Shown here in pieces: positions 52,473-61,495 of a DNA stretch of 64,000 nucleotides. The stretch is from a bacterium (GTDB lineage: Bacteria > Hydrothermota > Tepidihabitantia > Tepidihabitantales > Tepidihabitantaceae): contig DATJQV010000075.1 in the NCBI GenBank assembly GCA_035505375.1, forward strand, positions 10,673-74,672, written 5' to 3'. A model generated the notes under the pieces. The model made no database searches, was not told the DNA's origin, and worked only from the letters and a program-made list of their open reading frames with translations. The position numbers and the translations under genes were made by a program. Positions within the stretch are counted from its first letter, which is position 1, and each line of letters opens with the position of its first letter.

Positions 52473-54752
52473 TTGCTTTGCAACTCACCGCTCGGCGGCC
52501 AGACGTCCATCACTAGGCACATGATTCCGAAACAACCAGACAACACTTTTCCCTTTGATGTCGACGTTGATTTCCAAACCGGCGACATCGTCTTTGCCGT
52601 AGACCGGCTGGGGAGCGTCGTATACTGGAATGGGGTGGCGGAATCGACCTCCGGGTTCAGAGCAGACGAAGTGCTCGGGAAGCACTACGTGTCTGCCTGC
52701 GGGTTTGAACGGGGCGTCGTGGACTTGGCGGCCATACTCGATGGACGCGACTTCACCGGAGGCGTCCGGTGCCACGTGCGGGGTGGAGGAGACGCGATGC
52801 TGTACCTGTTCGCGACGGTCGGGCGCGACCGGACAGGTAGACCGGCCGGCGTCGTCTTCGTCGGGCGCGACGTGACCGGCCTCTGGCGCGCCGAGGAGAT
52901 AGCTCAGGCAGCCGCCGACAAGTACCGCCTGCTATTCGAGAACACACCTGACGCGGTGGCGATTGCGGATATGGAAGGGCACGTGCTTGAAGCCAACCCC
53001 GCGTGCCTCCGGCTGTACGGCTACGCTGCGGCGGATGTTAAGGGTGTGGAACTCGCCGACGTGGTAGTACCCGAGGATCGCCGCGAGGCCGCCAAGGCGA
53101 TGGCGAGCCTGGCCGCTGGCATGCCGGCGACCAGGACGATCCGCGTGCGCAGGAGGGACGGCGGCCAATTCGTGGCTGAGCTCGCGGCGTCAGTTGTAGT
53201 ACTCGGCGGTGAGCGCCGGATAGTGTTAGTCACGCGCGACGTCACCGATCGGGTTCGCGCCGAAGCAGCGCGCAACCAGTCGGAGCGGATGTACCGCGCG
53301 GTCTTCGAGGCGGCGAACGACGCGGTCTTCATCGAGTCAGTGGACGGGCGGATCCTCGACGTAAATCGGAACGGCTGCGAGCTGCTGGGCTACCGAAGGA
53401 ATGAGCTCGTCAATATGAGCGTATCGGACCTGGTTCCGGTCGAGGCGCGGGCCTGGCTGTCGCTGGTCACCGACACGATCCTCCGCGTCCGTGCCTTCCG
53501 GGCCGAGGCCGTGAACCTGCACAAGAGCGGGCGTCATATCCCGGTAGAGGTGAGCGCGTCGGCGATGGAACTGGACGGCAGGACGGTGGTGCTGGCCATC
53601 GTCCGCGACATCTCCCAGCGCAGGCAGGCGGAGCAGGTGCTGCGCGAGAGCGAAGAGAAATTCCGCATCGTCGCCGAGCAGTCACCCAACATGATTTTCA
53701 TCAATCGCCAGGGTCGTGTGGCGTATGTCAACCAGAAGGGCGCGGATGTCATGGGGTACACTCGGGAAGAGTTCTACGCCCCGGGGTTCGACTTCACGGG
53801 CCTGATTGCGCCCGAGTCCGTGGCACAGGTCCGGAAGGTCTACGCCCGGCATGCCAGCGGCGAGGACGTGGGGCCGTATGAACACACGCTGGTTACGAAA
53901 GAAGGTCAGCGCATCGAGTCAATCATCACGACCAAGCTCATCGACTATGAAGGCGCCAAGGCGATACTCGGCATTGTCACCGACATCACGGATCGGAAGC
54001 GGATTGAGCGGCGGCTGCGAGATTCGGAGGAGCAATTCCGAAGGTTGGTCGAGTTGTCGCCGGACGGTGTCGCGGTGCACCAGGACGGCCAGGTCGTGCT
54101 GGCCAACCCGGCTGGCGCTAGAATCCTGGGCTATGAGCGGCCGGACCAGATGATCGGCCGGGAGGTACTCGATTTCCTGCATCCGGAGGAACGTCCCGCT
54201 ATGCTCGATCGGATGGCGAGAGCTTTGGCGGACGGCCAGGCGCCGAGTGCGTCCGAGGCCCATTTCCGTCGACGGGATGGGAGCTACGTGCAGCTTGAAG
54301 TAGCCAACGCACGCATCGAATGGAAAGGAAGCCCCGCGGTACAGGTCGTTTTCCGCGACGTGACCGAACGGAAGCGAGCGGAACAGGCCCTCGCCGCCTC
54401 TGAGGAACGCTACCGCAACCTGGTTGAATCGTCGCCGGACGGTATTGCCGTGTATCAGGACGGGGTCGTCGTCCTGGCAAACCGTGCCAGCGCCAAGCTG
54501 CTCGGTTATCACAACGGGGCAGACTTGGTTGGGCGGCGGGCCGAGAGCTTTGTCGTAGCTGAGGATCTGCCGCGGGTCGACGAACAGGGCGAGCTACTCA
54601 GAGGCGGTGCCGCGACCGTCTCCTTGAAAGTAAGATTCCTATGCCGCAGCGGAGACGTACTCCTGACCGACGTGGCTGGCGCAATCACTACTTGGCGCGG
54701 ACAGCCGGCAGTACAGATCATGGTGCGGCCGCTGTCGAATCGACCTGGATAG
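52473..54752 (+). CDS. multi-PAS-domain sensor protein with at least five PAS repeats and no recognisable output domain
   Basis: Repeated PAS-core patterns recur about 120 aa apart (for example PDAVAIADMEGHVLEANPACLRLYGY and PDGVAVHQDGQVVLANPAGARILGY). No HisKA, GGDEF or HTH segment was seen. The start may be M17 at 52521. Confidence 0.7.
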   Translation: MLCNSPLGGQTSITRHMIPKQPDNTFPFDVDVDFQTGDIVFAVDRLGSVVYWNGVAESTSGFRADEVLGKHYVSACGFERGVVDLAAILDGRDFTGGVRCHVRGGGDAMLYLFATVGRDRTGRPAGVVFVGRDVTGLWRAEEIAQAAADKYRLLFENTPDAVAIADMEGHVLEANPACLRLYGYAAADVKGVELADVVVPEDRREAAKAMASLAAGMPATRTIRVRRRDGGQFVAELAASVVVLGGERRIVLVTRDVTDRVRAEAARNQSERMYRAVFEAANDAVFIESVDGRILDVNRNGCELLGYRRNELVNMSVSDLVPVEARAWLSLVTDTILRVRAFRAEAVNLHKSGRHIPVEVSASAMELDGRTVVLAIVRDISQRRQAEQVLRESEEKFRIVAEQSPNMIFINRQGRVAYVNQKGADVMGYTREEFYAPGFDFTGLIAPESVAQVRKVYARHASGEDVGPYEHTLVTKEGQRIESIITTKLIDYEGAKAILGIVTDITDRKRIERRLRDSEEQFRRLVELSPDGVAVHQDGQVVLANPAGARILGYERPDQMIGREVLDFLHPEERPAMLDRMARALADGQAPSASEAHFRRRDGSYVQLEVANARIEWKGSPAVQVVFRDVTERKRAEQALAASEERYRNLVESSPDGIAVYQDGVVVLANRASAKLLGYHNGADLVGRRAESFVVAEDLPRVDEQGELLRGGAATVSLKVRFLCRSGDVLLTDVAGAITTWRGQPAVQIMVRPLSNRPG

Positions 54753-55258
54753 CCGTCCCTGTCCTGCAGTCGTCGGGTTCGCAGCAGCTTCGGAAGAACA
54801 GCGGTCCAGTGATCCAGTGGGGGATGAAGGGTAGAAGGAATCTGTGACGTCTGCGCAATCTGCGGTTCACGTCAGCTTCTAGTTCCTGTTTCTTTGTCCC
54901 TGGTCAACTCTGAATTCTGGATTATCCGGTTCCTGAATCTGTAATACAAGTGTGCAGGGTCGTCGTTTCCGCGACGTTGTTTCTCTCCGCCGCCCGTCCT
55001 GAGGTCGCCGAGGTCCCGGCAACCGTAGGCAAATGCCGCCCGCGATGACGCCAGATACGGGTTCATTTCTGACAGAAGACCGGAGGCTCCGACTCGGGAT
55101 CCATGAATAGTCTGTGTAATCTGCGATATCTGTGGATAGGTCTCCGGGTTCTGGTCCTTGTCCGGGCCATCTGCGACATCTGCGGTTAGATCCGGCTTGG
55201 TTGCGGTGTCGGGGCGTTTTGAACTCAGGCTCTTGACTTGCCCGCCCTGCGCGCTGGT

Positions 55259-55286
55259 TTGACATTATCCCCGGCCTCCCTATTCT
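55259..55286 (+). promoter_or_regulatory. promoter TTGACA-N16-TATTCT placed so that the 55293 ATG would be at or near the TSS (leaderless)
   Basis: TTGACA at 55259-55264 and TATTCT at 55281-55286. ATG at 55293. Confidence 0.3.
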
Positions 55287-55292
55287 GAATCA

Positions 55293-55922
55293 ATGTTCGT
55301 TTCGTCTGAAATCGCCGGCGATGCCTTCCGCGAACAACTTGCGCGCGCGGCCCGCTCGACCTTCTACCTGAGAATTGTATTCTCGAGTGCTTTGCTGGCG
55401 CTCGCCGGATTCGGGCCAGGGCTGTTACTCCGGTTTCCAATCGCCGGCAGCTTCGCGGCTGAGCCTTTGGTGCAGTTCTACGCAGTGCGGCCGGTTATCT
55501 ACGCACTATTGCTGGTTGCGGTGGTCTGCGTGCTGGCCGTGCTCTGCCGGAGGGCGGTCAATCTGTTCGAGGCAGAGTTTGCCCCCTGCACGGCTCAGCC
55601 CGGCAGCAGCGAGCGCGAGCGGGTCCTGCGACTCTTGCGCCCGAGCCCGTGCCCCTTCGTTCTTTCGGGCAACGTCTATGTCGACCTGGTAATCTTCGGC
55701 GCCGCCCTGCTGGCATACTCTTTCTGGGTCGTCATTCTGGCTGAGACTGCGCCGCCGGAGGTGCCCGGTAATCAGGCCATCAGTATCACCCTCGGTTCGT
55801 ACGGGCTTTTCGCGTCGGTAATCGTCGCCGGAGTCGTCTGGATGGGCTCGTCGCGCCGGCTCCGGCAGCTTGTCCCGGAGCATCCAACTTCCGGCCCCGA
55901 GCGTGGAGCCCGAGAGTCCTGA
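55293..55922 (+). CDS. hypothetical membrane protein (about 4 TM helices)
   Basis: Hydrophobic segments LLALAGFGPGLLL, VIYALLLVAVVCVLAVL, LVIFGAALLAYSFWVVILA and ITLGSYGLFASVIVAGVVW. Confidence 0.5.
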   Translation: MFVSSEIAGDAFREQLARAARSTFYLRIVFSSALLALAGFGPGLLLRFPIAGSFAAEPLVQFYAVRPVIYALLLVAVVCVLAVLCRRAVNLFEAEFAPCTAQPGSSERERVLRLLRPSPCPFVLSGNVYVDLVIFGAALLAYSFWVVILAETAPPEVPGNQAISITLGSYGLFASVIVAGVVWMGSSRRLRQLVPEHPTSGPERGARES

Positions 55923-55937
55923 CCGGGGCGGTTGCCC

Positions 55938-57428
55938 CTATCTTAGCCGGTAGAGTCTGAAGGACCAGGGCGCTCGTGTCTGGGTGATAAGGGTGCGCTC
56001 AGGGAATCTGGCGAGCAGGGCATCGAACAGCGTCAACTCCACCAGGTCGTCGTCCCCGTGCTTGCCCGCAAGGGCAGCGTAGAGCGGTCGACTGCCGGCG
56101 AGCGCCGTGTCCAGCGGGACCGGGACCCCGAACTCGGAGATGTGGCGGTAGTCACGCCAGCCCCACGCATAGCCTGCCAGCTCGGACACGTCTTTATTGC
56201 AGAGCAGTAGTGCGGAATCGGGGACATTGTCCAGCAGTAGACGTTGGTAGGCCGCCTGCACCTTCAGGTGGCGGTCGTGACTTTTCTGGATGGCGACGCT
56301 CAGGAGCGCCATCCCGGCCACGGCGGCGTACACGAGCCGGCGCGCGTGGAGTCGCCCGAGCATGCGATCCGCAGCCAGCACGTATGCGAGGAGGAAGAAC
56401 GGCACCGCGGGCAGGAGGTAGCGTATCCCGACGGTGAGCCGCGCCGCCAGGCTGGGGACGTCGTAGGTGTATGAGAAGAAGCAGTAGAGCGCAACCAGCG
56501 TATATGCGGGCAGGCCAAGTAGCAGCCTGCGACCTTTGCCAGCGGCGATCGGCGCAAGGAGCATGAGCGGGTAGAGTGTCAGGAGCGCGGTCCCGTAGTA
56601 CCAGGCGTTGTGCGGGAAGTAGACAGGGGAGAAGTTGCCGGTGAGATACATCGGAAAGGATAGGGGAGAGCCGTAGGCGAATGCGTTGTATGCGGCTATC
56701 AACGCGGCGAACGGGACAATCCCGGCAAGCATGAACAGGGCCGACCGCAGCCGCGATCCTGCCCGCTGCAGGGCGAGGACCAGAAATACGAGCACGAAGA
56801 TGGCGTTCGAGTACCGCACTAGACAGGCAAGGCCAAGCGCCAGCCCCGAAGCGAATAGCCAGCGTCCCCGGCGCAGTAGGCAGTAGAACGCGGCTAGCAC
56901 GAGGGTGGCGGCCAGTAGGTCGCTCATCACCGTCCGCGACATCAGCACGACTGCAGGGTAGAACAGGTAGAGCAATGCGGCGGCCGGGTCGGCTTCGGGC
57001 TCAAGCCGCCGCAACGTCAGCGAGAAGATCGCTGTCCCGAGGAGAGCGAGCAGCATCCCCGAGACGAATACGCCACGCCAGCCCAGGAGCGTGAATGGCA
57101 TCAGGAAGAGCGAGTTGCCCGGCGGGTACTTGCTCGTGAGGTGGCCGCCCGACTCGACCGTCATGTGCGGGGCAGGGATGGGCGAGCCGTCGTAGAAGAG
57201 ATGGCCGGAGCGGAACAGCAGCGCTTCGGTCAGATAGGCGTCCTCGTCAACGACCGCCGTCGTACGCGGGTAAAGGGCCAGAAAAGCTGCAACATACAGG
57301 GCGGCGCCCGCAAGCGGCAGCCAAATCGTGTGGCCGGTCCGAAGTCTCACGCGCAGGATGATAAGACCGCGTGAAACCAAGTCAAGGAGGCGCGGTCGGA
57401 CAACCGTTGACTTCTGAGGCAATGTCAA
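55938..57428 (-). CDS. GT-C fold membrane glycosyltransferase (PMT_2/ArnT-like, GT39/GT83-type)
   Basis: About 11 TM helices with the N-terminal periplasmic-loop motif VVDEDAYLTE (DE motif of GT-C enzymes). The length is 496 aa. Confidence 0.65.
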   Translation of the reverse strand: MTLPQKSTVVRPRLLDLVSRGLIILRVRLRTGHTIWLPLAGAALYVAAFLALYPRTTAVVDEDAYLTEALLFRSGHLFYDGSPIPAPHMTVESGGHLTSKYPPGNSLFLMPFTLLGWRGVFVSGMLLALLGTAIFSLTLRRLEPEADPAAALLYLFYPAVVLMSRTVMSDLLAATLVLAAFYCLLRRGRWLFASGLALGLACLVRYSNAIFVLVFLVLALQRAGSRLRSALFMLAGIVPFAALIAAYNAFAYGSPLSFPMYLTGNFSPVYFPHNAWYYGTALLTLYPLMLLAPIAAGKGRRLLLGLPAYTLVALYCFFSYTYDVPSLAARLTVGIRYLLPAVPFFLLAYVLAADRMLGRLHARRLVYAAVAGMALLSVAIQKSHDRHLKVQAAYQRLLLDNVPDSALLLCNKDVSELAGYAWGWRDYRHISEFGVPVPLDTALAGSRPLYAALAGKHGDDDLVELTLFDALLARFPERTLITQTRAPWSFRLYRLR

Positions 57429-59221
57429 TAGAATTCACCCCTATGCTAAGCGATATGCGCAAGCAGATCCGTGTCGTCATGTTCATTGTGGCCGCGGCCT
57501 TCATCGCCGGCTTCCTGATGAGCGAGCTCTGGAAGATGATCGGCACCCGCGGCTCGATCCGTCACTCCCAGAACCCCGAGGGCTACGTCGGCAAGATCGG
57601 CGACCACAACGTTACCACTGATGAGTGGCGGGCAGCGGTCAGCTACATGACCGATCAGTACAAGAGCCAGAACCGCTTGCGCGACTTGGACAACGATGAC
57701 TACAAGACGGTCGACGATCAGGCGTGGCGGTACCTTGTCAGTCAGTTGACCTGGGCCAAGGTGCTCAAGGCCGAGAATATCCAGGTCACCCAGGACGAGG
57801 TGATGGAAATCATGCGCGCTAATCCGCCGGCCGACCTGCGCGATCGCCCCGACTTGATGACCGACGGGAAGTTCGACCGCGACAAGTACGACCAGCTCAT
57901 GAAGTCGCCGGACAATCGCGAGTACTTCACCAGGTATTTCCAGCAGATTGCGGAAATGCTGCCCAAAGAGAAATTCCGCATCGATGTGCTCAGCGCCTAT
58001 CGTACCACGAGCCCCGAAATCCAGGACGGGCTCACCGCCGCCAATACGACCTGGAAGACAACCTCGCTCTACTTCGGACCGCAAGCTCTGAAGGAGAAGT
58101 CCGAGCCGACCGAGGCCGAGGCCAGAGCCTGGTACGATGCCCACAAGGAGACGTTCCGCAGCAAGCAGTCGAGGCAGCTCAGCTACGTCTTCTTCCCGCT
58201 GGCAATAACCCGCGATGACTCGGACGCTGCCAGGCAATCCATCGACCACGCCTATGCCGGGCTCATGAAGGGCGACACGTTCAGCAACGCGGCGCTCGAC
58301 GTCAGCGACTTCGAGTACGACTCAGCGGCTGCCTGGGTTGCGCGCGCCCAGCTCGACAAGACGACCGATAGCGCCCTGGCCAAGCTGAAGCCGCGCCAGT
58401 TCAGCCCGCCCTTCCTGGCCACGTACGGGTGGCAGATCGTCCAGCTCGACAGCCTGAAGAAGGATTCGGTCATGTTCCACCGCATCGTGGTCCGGGTAAA
58501 GATGGGCAGCGAGGCGCTCGCCACCGCCCGCGATTCCGTGCGCACCTTCATCGAGAAAGCCGCCGCGGGGAAGTTCGACTCGGTCGCCACTCAGTTCGGC
58601 CTGACCGTGCAAAAGACGAAACCGCTGGTCGGCGACCAGAAAGAGCTGCCCGGTCTCGAAGTCGAGAGCCCGTCCCAGCTCCTTCTCTGGGCCAAAACGG
58701 CCAAACCCGGCCAGGTTTTTGACCAGCCGCAGGGCGGGGCGAACGGCTACTATGTATTCGCGCTCGCCGACGTGAAGCCGGCCGGGATTCAGGAATTTGA
58801 CAAGGTCAAACAGGCCGCCACCTGGCACGCACGTCAGGACAAGGAGAAGCAGGCCTGGCTGACCATGGCCAAGCAGGCGCTCGCGGCGATTAAGGCCGGA
58901 AAGACCCTTGAGCAGTATGCTCAGGAGAATCCGGGCGTGGAGTTGCAGAACGACTCGTTCAGCGGGATTGAAGACTGCCGCGGCAAGAAAGGCCCCGAGT
59001 TTGCCGGCGTTTTGGCCGCGCTCAACCCCGGCGACAAGTACGGGGTGGTCGACGCCGACTGGGGAGCTTTCATAATTCGCTGCGACCAGCGGAGCTCAGC
59101 CGGGACCCTGGCTGCATCCGACTATGTCGACCAACGCCGATCGAAGGTAGGTCAGGATCTGATGCAAGCGGAGCTCACTGCGCCGGAGATCAAAGACTTT
59201 CGGGACGCACTGGCGGATTGA
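57422..59221 (+). CDS. membrane-anchored periplasmic chaperone of the PpiD/SurA-like family
   Basis: N-terminal TM anchor IRVVMFIVAAAFIAGFLMSELW. The ~600-aa architecture includes SurA_N-like and parvulin-like segments. The start codon is uncertain (M at 57371, 57422, 57443 or 57455). Confidence 0.55.
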   Translation: MSIEFTPMLSDMRKQIRVVMFIVAAAFIAGFLMSELWKMIGTRGSIRHSQNPEGYVGKIGDHNVTTDEWRAAVSYMTDQYKSQNRLRDLDNDDYKTVDDQAWRYLVSQLTWAKVLKAENIQVTQDEVMEIMRANPPADLRDRPDLMTDGKFDRDKYDQLMKSPDNREYFTRYFQQIAEMLPKEKFRIDVLSAYRTTSPEIQDGLTAANTTWKTTSLYFGPQALKEKSEPTEAEARAWYDAHKETFRSKQSRQLSYVFFPLAITRDDSDAARQSIDHAYAGLMKGDTFSNAALDVSDFEYDSAAAWVARAQLDKTTDSALAKLKPRQFSPPFLATYGWQIVQLDSLKKDSVMFHRIVVRVKMGSEALATARDSVRTFIEKAAAGKFDSVATQFGLTVQKTKPLVGDQKELPGLEVESPSQLLLWAKTAKPGQVFDQPQGGANGYYVFALADVKPAGIQEFDKVKQAATWHARQDKEKQAWLTMAKQALAAIKAGKTLEQYAQENPGVELQNDSFSGIEDCRGKKGPEFAGVLAALNPGDKYGVVDADWGAFIIRCDQRSSAGTLAASDYVDQRRSKVGQDLMQAELTAPEIKDFRDALAD

Positions 59222-59324
59222 CAACCCGCTGCGGCGGGATAGATTTAACCTGGAGTCGGGCGGGTGTCGGGAGCCTGACGCGTTAGCTGAAGCGTGATGC
59301 CTGAGGCGTCATGCCGGCCAGATT

Positions 59325-59397
59325 GGCCCCATCGTCTAGCGGTTCAGGACATCACTCTTTCAAGGTGAAGACATGGGTTCGACTCCCATTGGGGCCG
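59325..59397 (+). tRNA. tRNA-Glu (anticodon TTC)
   Basis: GGCCCCATCGTCTAGCGGTTCAGGACATCACTCTTTCAAGGTGAAGACATGGGTTCGACTCCCATTGGGGCCG folds as a cloverleaf. The anticodon loop is CTTTCAA. CCA is not encoded. Confidence 0.85.
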
Positions 59398-59500
59398 GAT
59401 AGCTCAGGGGAAATGGTGAGGGGAGAACAGTGAACTGTGAAACGGGAATCGGGACTCATTTCACCCTTCACTGTCTTCAATTCACCTTTGCCCGGTTGAT

Positions 59501-59573
59501 GCGGGAGTAGCTCAGTTGGTAGAGCACTACCTTGCCAAGGTAGGGGTCGCGGGTTCAAATCCCGTCTCCCGCT
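59501..59573 (+). tRNA. tRNA-Gly (anticodon GCC)
   Basis: GCGGGAGTAGCTCAGTTGGTAGAGCACTACCTTGCCAAGGTAGGGGTCGCGGGTTCAAATCCCGTCTCCCGCT. The anticodon loop is TTGCCAA. It is close to E. coli tRNA-Gly(GCC). Confidence 0.9.
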
Positions 59574-59665
59574 CTTAGAATTGCCGAGTGCCGACTGACG
59601 AATGTCGAATATGGGGCGAATCATCCATTCGGCAATCGCCACTCGCAAAGCGTCATTTCCCTTCT

Positions 59666-59737
59666 GGCGGCTTAGCCAAGCAGCAAGGCGACGGTCTGCA
59701 AAACCGTTATACTCGGGTGCGAATCCCGAAGCCGCCT
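59666..59737 (+). tRNA. tRNA-Cys (anticodon GCA)
   Basis: GGCGGCTTAGCCAAGCAGCAAGGCGACGGTCTGCAAAACCGTTATACTCGGGTGCGAATCCCGAAGCCGCCT. The anticodon loop is CTGCAAA, with a 7-bp acceptor stem and a T-arm. The D-arm is short. Confidence 0.7.
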
Positions 59738-59901
59738 CTTTCCATTGTCGATTTTAGATTGACGATTTTCGATTGCTCGGCCGGGCAACCGTCCCTCGAC
59801 TTCTCTGATCGACATACTACGATCACCAAACTGGCGGCTCTAACGATTCGGATTTGCATTCCGCAATCTCCAATCTACAATCTTGAATCTTCAATGGTCT
59901 T

Positions 59902-59989
59902 GCCGGGGTGGCGGAATTGGCAGACGCCAGGGACTTAAAATCCCTTGACCCGGATTCGGGTCGTGCCGGTTCGACTCCGGCCCCCGGCA
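59902..59989 (+). tRNA. tRNA-Leu (anticodon TAA), type II with long variable arm
   Basis: GCCGGGGTGGCGGAATTGGCAGACGCCAGGGACTTAAAATCCCTTGACCCGGATTCGGGTCGTGCCGGTTCGACTCCGGCCCCCGGCA. The anticodon loop is CTTAAAA. Confidence 0.85.
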
Positions 59990-60051
59990 GTTCACGCCAC
60001 CGGCGGGCGACCGGCGGTTTTCGTTTCTTCCCGGCGGGTTCCGGGAATAAA

Positions 60052-60075
60052 GGCGGCGGCCTTTGGGCCGCCGCT
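60052..60075 (-). terminator. hairpin GGCGGCGGCC-TTTG-GGCCGCCGC followed on the minus strand by UUUAUU; terminator for the 60094..61212 gene
   Basis: 9-10-bp GC stem. The T-tract is on the minus-strand side. Confidence 0.45.
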
Positions 60076-60093
60076 GCGGTGTCGGATTGCGAG

Positions 60094-61212
60094 CTAACGC
60101 TGGACGACGAGCTTGCGGCTCAGGGTCGTGCAGCCTGAAGTCAGCTTGCAGAAATAGACGCCGTTCGCCACCGGGCGGCCGCTATCATCGTCGAGGTTCC
60201 ACGTCGCGTGCCGATGGGCCGGGCCGGCCGCGGCCGACCGGACCGAGCGGACCTGCCGGCCATTGACGTCGAACATCGCCAGCGTAGCGCTTGATGCCTC
60301 ATGCATGATGCCGGGCAGAGAGTATTCGATTAGGACCGCCCCGGTCGCCGGGTTCGGCCCGACCGAGAACGCGAAGGCCTGAGCCAAGGCATGCGGCTCT
60401 TCGATTCCGGTCTGCGGCGCGTGCACCCTGAACCGATAGATCCACGACAGCGAGATTGAACTGACGTAGACGCAGCCGCCGTCAACCGAATCGTTTCGGA
60501 ACCCGATTCCCGACATGTAGGACGACAGCCCGGTCGGAAACGTGTCCAGCGGCGTGAACGTGTTGGCGCTGGTATCGAACGCGACGTACATCAGCTTGTT
60601 CGGCGAGCCGGTGGAGGGCGACGTCCAGAGTCGGTTGGGGAACATCAGGTCGAGCTTGAGGTCCCGGGCGATCGTCGACGGGAATCCGCCCGAGCGGCTC
60701 AAGGTCTTCGTCACTGTGCCGTCCGGCGTCATCAGATAGATACTGAGGTCGCTGCTGAACGACGTAGCCCAGAAATGCGACCCGTCCCAGTCCAGGCCGC
60801 GTACCTCCACGCCGCCGGTCGGGTAGAAGCTGCGCACGTACGTCCCGTCCAGCGTGTACACCTCGCAGAACTCGGGGCTGGCAATGCGCGACACGCAGAT
60901 CGAGTCGCCGAACGGGCAGATCGCGATAACCGAAGCGCCCGACTGCGTCGGGAACGAATCGATTACGGCCCCGGTCAACCGGTCCCGGTAATAGACCATG
61001 TACCCCTGCAACGCGCAGAACACCGTGTCATTACGCACGGCGATGCACTGGTACTGGACTTGAGACGGGATGGAATCGAGCTTGACGAGCATCGAATCGC
61101 AGGGACTGCACTCAGGCCGCGCGGGCACACCGACCCGGCTCGCAAAAGGAGCGGCACTGACGAGCGCGGCCGCTAGAACTGGCACGAGCGGAACAAAGAT
61201 ACTCTTCCGCAT
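60094..61212 (-). CDS. secreted protein with T9SS C-terminal sorting domain (function unknown)
   Basis: Signal peptide MRKSIFVPLVPVLAAALVSAAPFAS, taking the internal start at 61212. C-terminus NPATGAVLIEYSLPG...ATLAMFDVNGRQVRSV...ATWNLDDDSGRPVANGVYFCKL...RKLVVQR. Confidence 0.65.
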   Translation of the reverse strand: MRKSIFVPLVPVLAAALVSAAPFASRVGVPARPECSPCDSMLVKLDSIPSQVQYQCIAVRNDTVFCALQGYMVYYRDRLTGAVIDSFPTQSGASVIAICPFGDSICVSRIASPEFCEVYTLDGTYVRSFYPTGGVEVRGLDWDGSHFWATSFSSDLSIYLMTPDGTVTKTLSRSGGFPSTIARDLKLDLMFPNRLWTSPSTGSPNKLMYVAFDTSANTFTPLDTFPTGLSSYMSGIGFRNDSVDGGCVYVSSISLSWIYRFRVHAPQTGIEEPHALAQAFAFSVGPNPATGAVLIEYSLPGIMHEASSATLAMFDVNGRQVRSVRSAAAGPAHRHATWNLDDDSGRPVANGVYFCKLTSGCTTLSRKLVVQR

Positions 61213-61299
61213 TATTACCTCCCGCGCGCTTATGGCGCGCCTCATCATAGTCCGCGTCCTGCCCGTGTCAACGACCATGGGGTAGGCGACACGTCCATG

Positions 61300-61495
61300 C
61301 GGGAAACAGGGACTGTCCCGCGCTGAGTACGACGCAAGCGCTCCGAGAAACTGCGCTCGTTTTCCGCCATCTCAGCGACAGTCCCCATTTCCCAAGACGC
61401 AGAGGGCGGCCGTAGCCGCCCTCTCGAAGCTCGGATTGGGGCCACTCCCGCGACGCGTTCTCGCGTCGCCCCGTGGACGTGTCCCTTCGTACTAC
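61300..61495. repeat. second locus of the GGGACTGTCCC / CTCGCGTCGCYCCGTGGACGTGTCCC repeat family (compare 14064..14235)
   Basis: GGGACTGTCCCGCGCTGAG...GCGCTCCGAGAAACTG...CAGCGACAGTCCCCATTTCCC...CGTTCTCGCGTCGCCCCGTGGACGTGTCCCTTCG. Confidence 0.5.
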
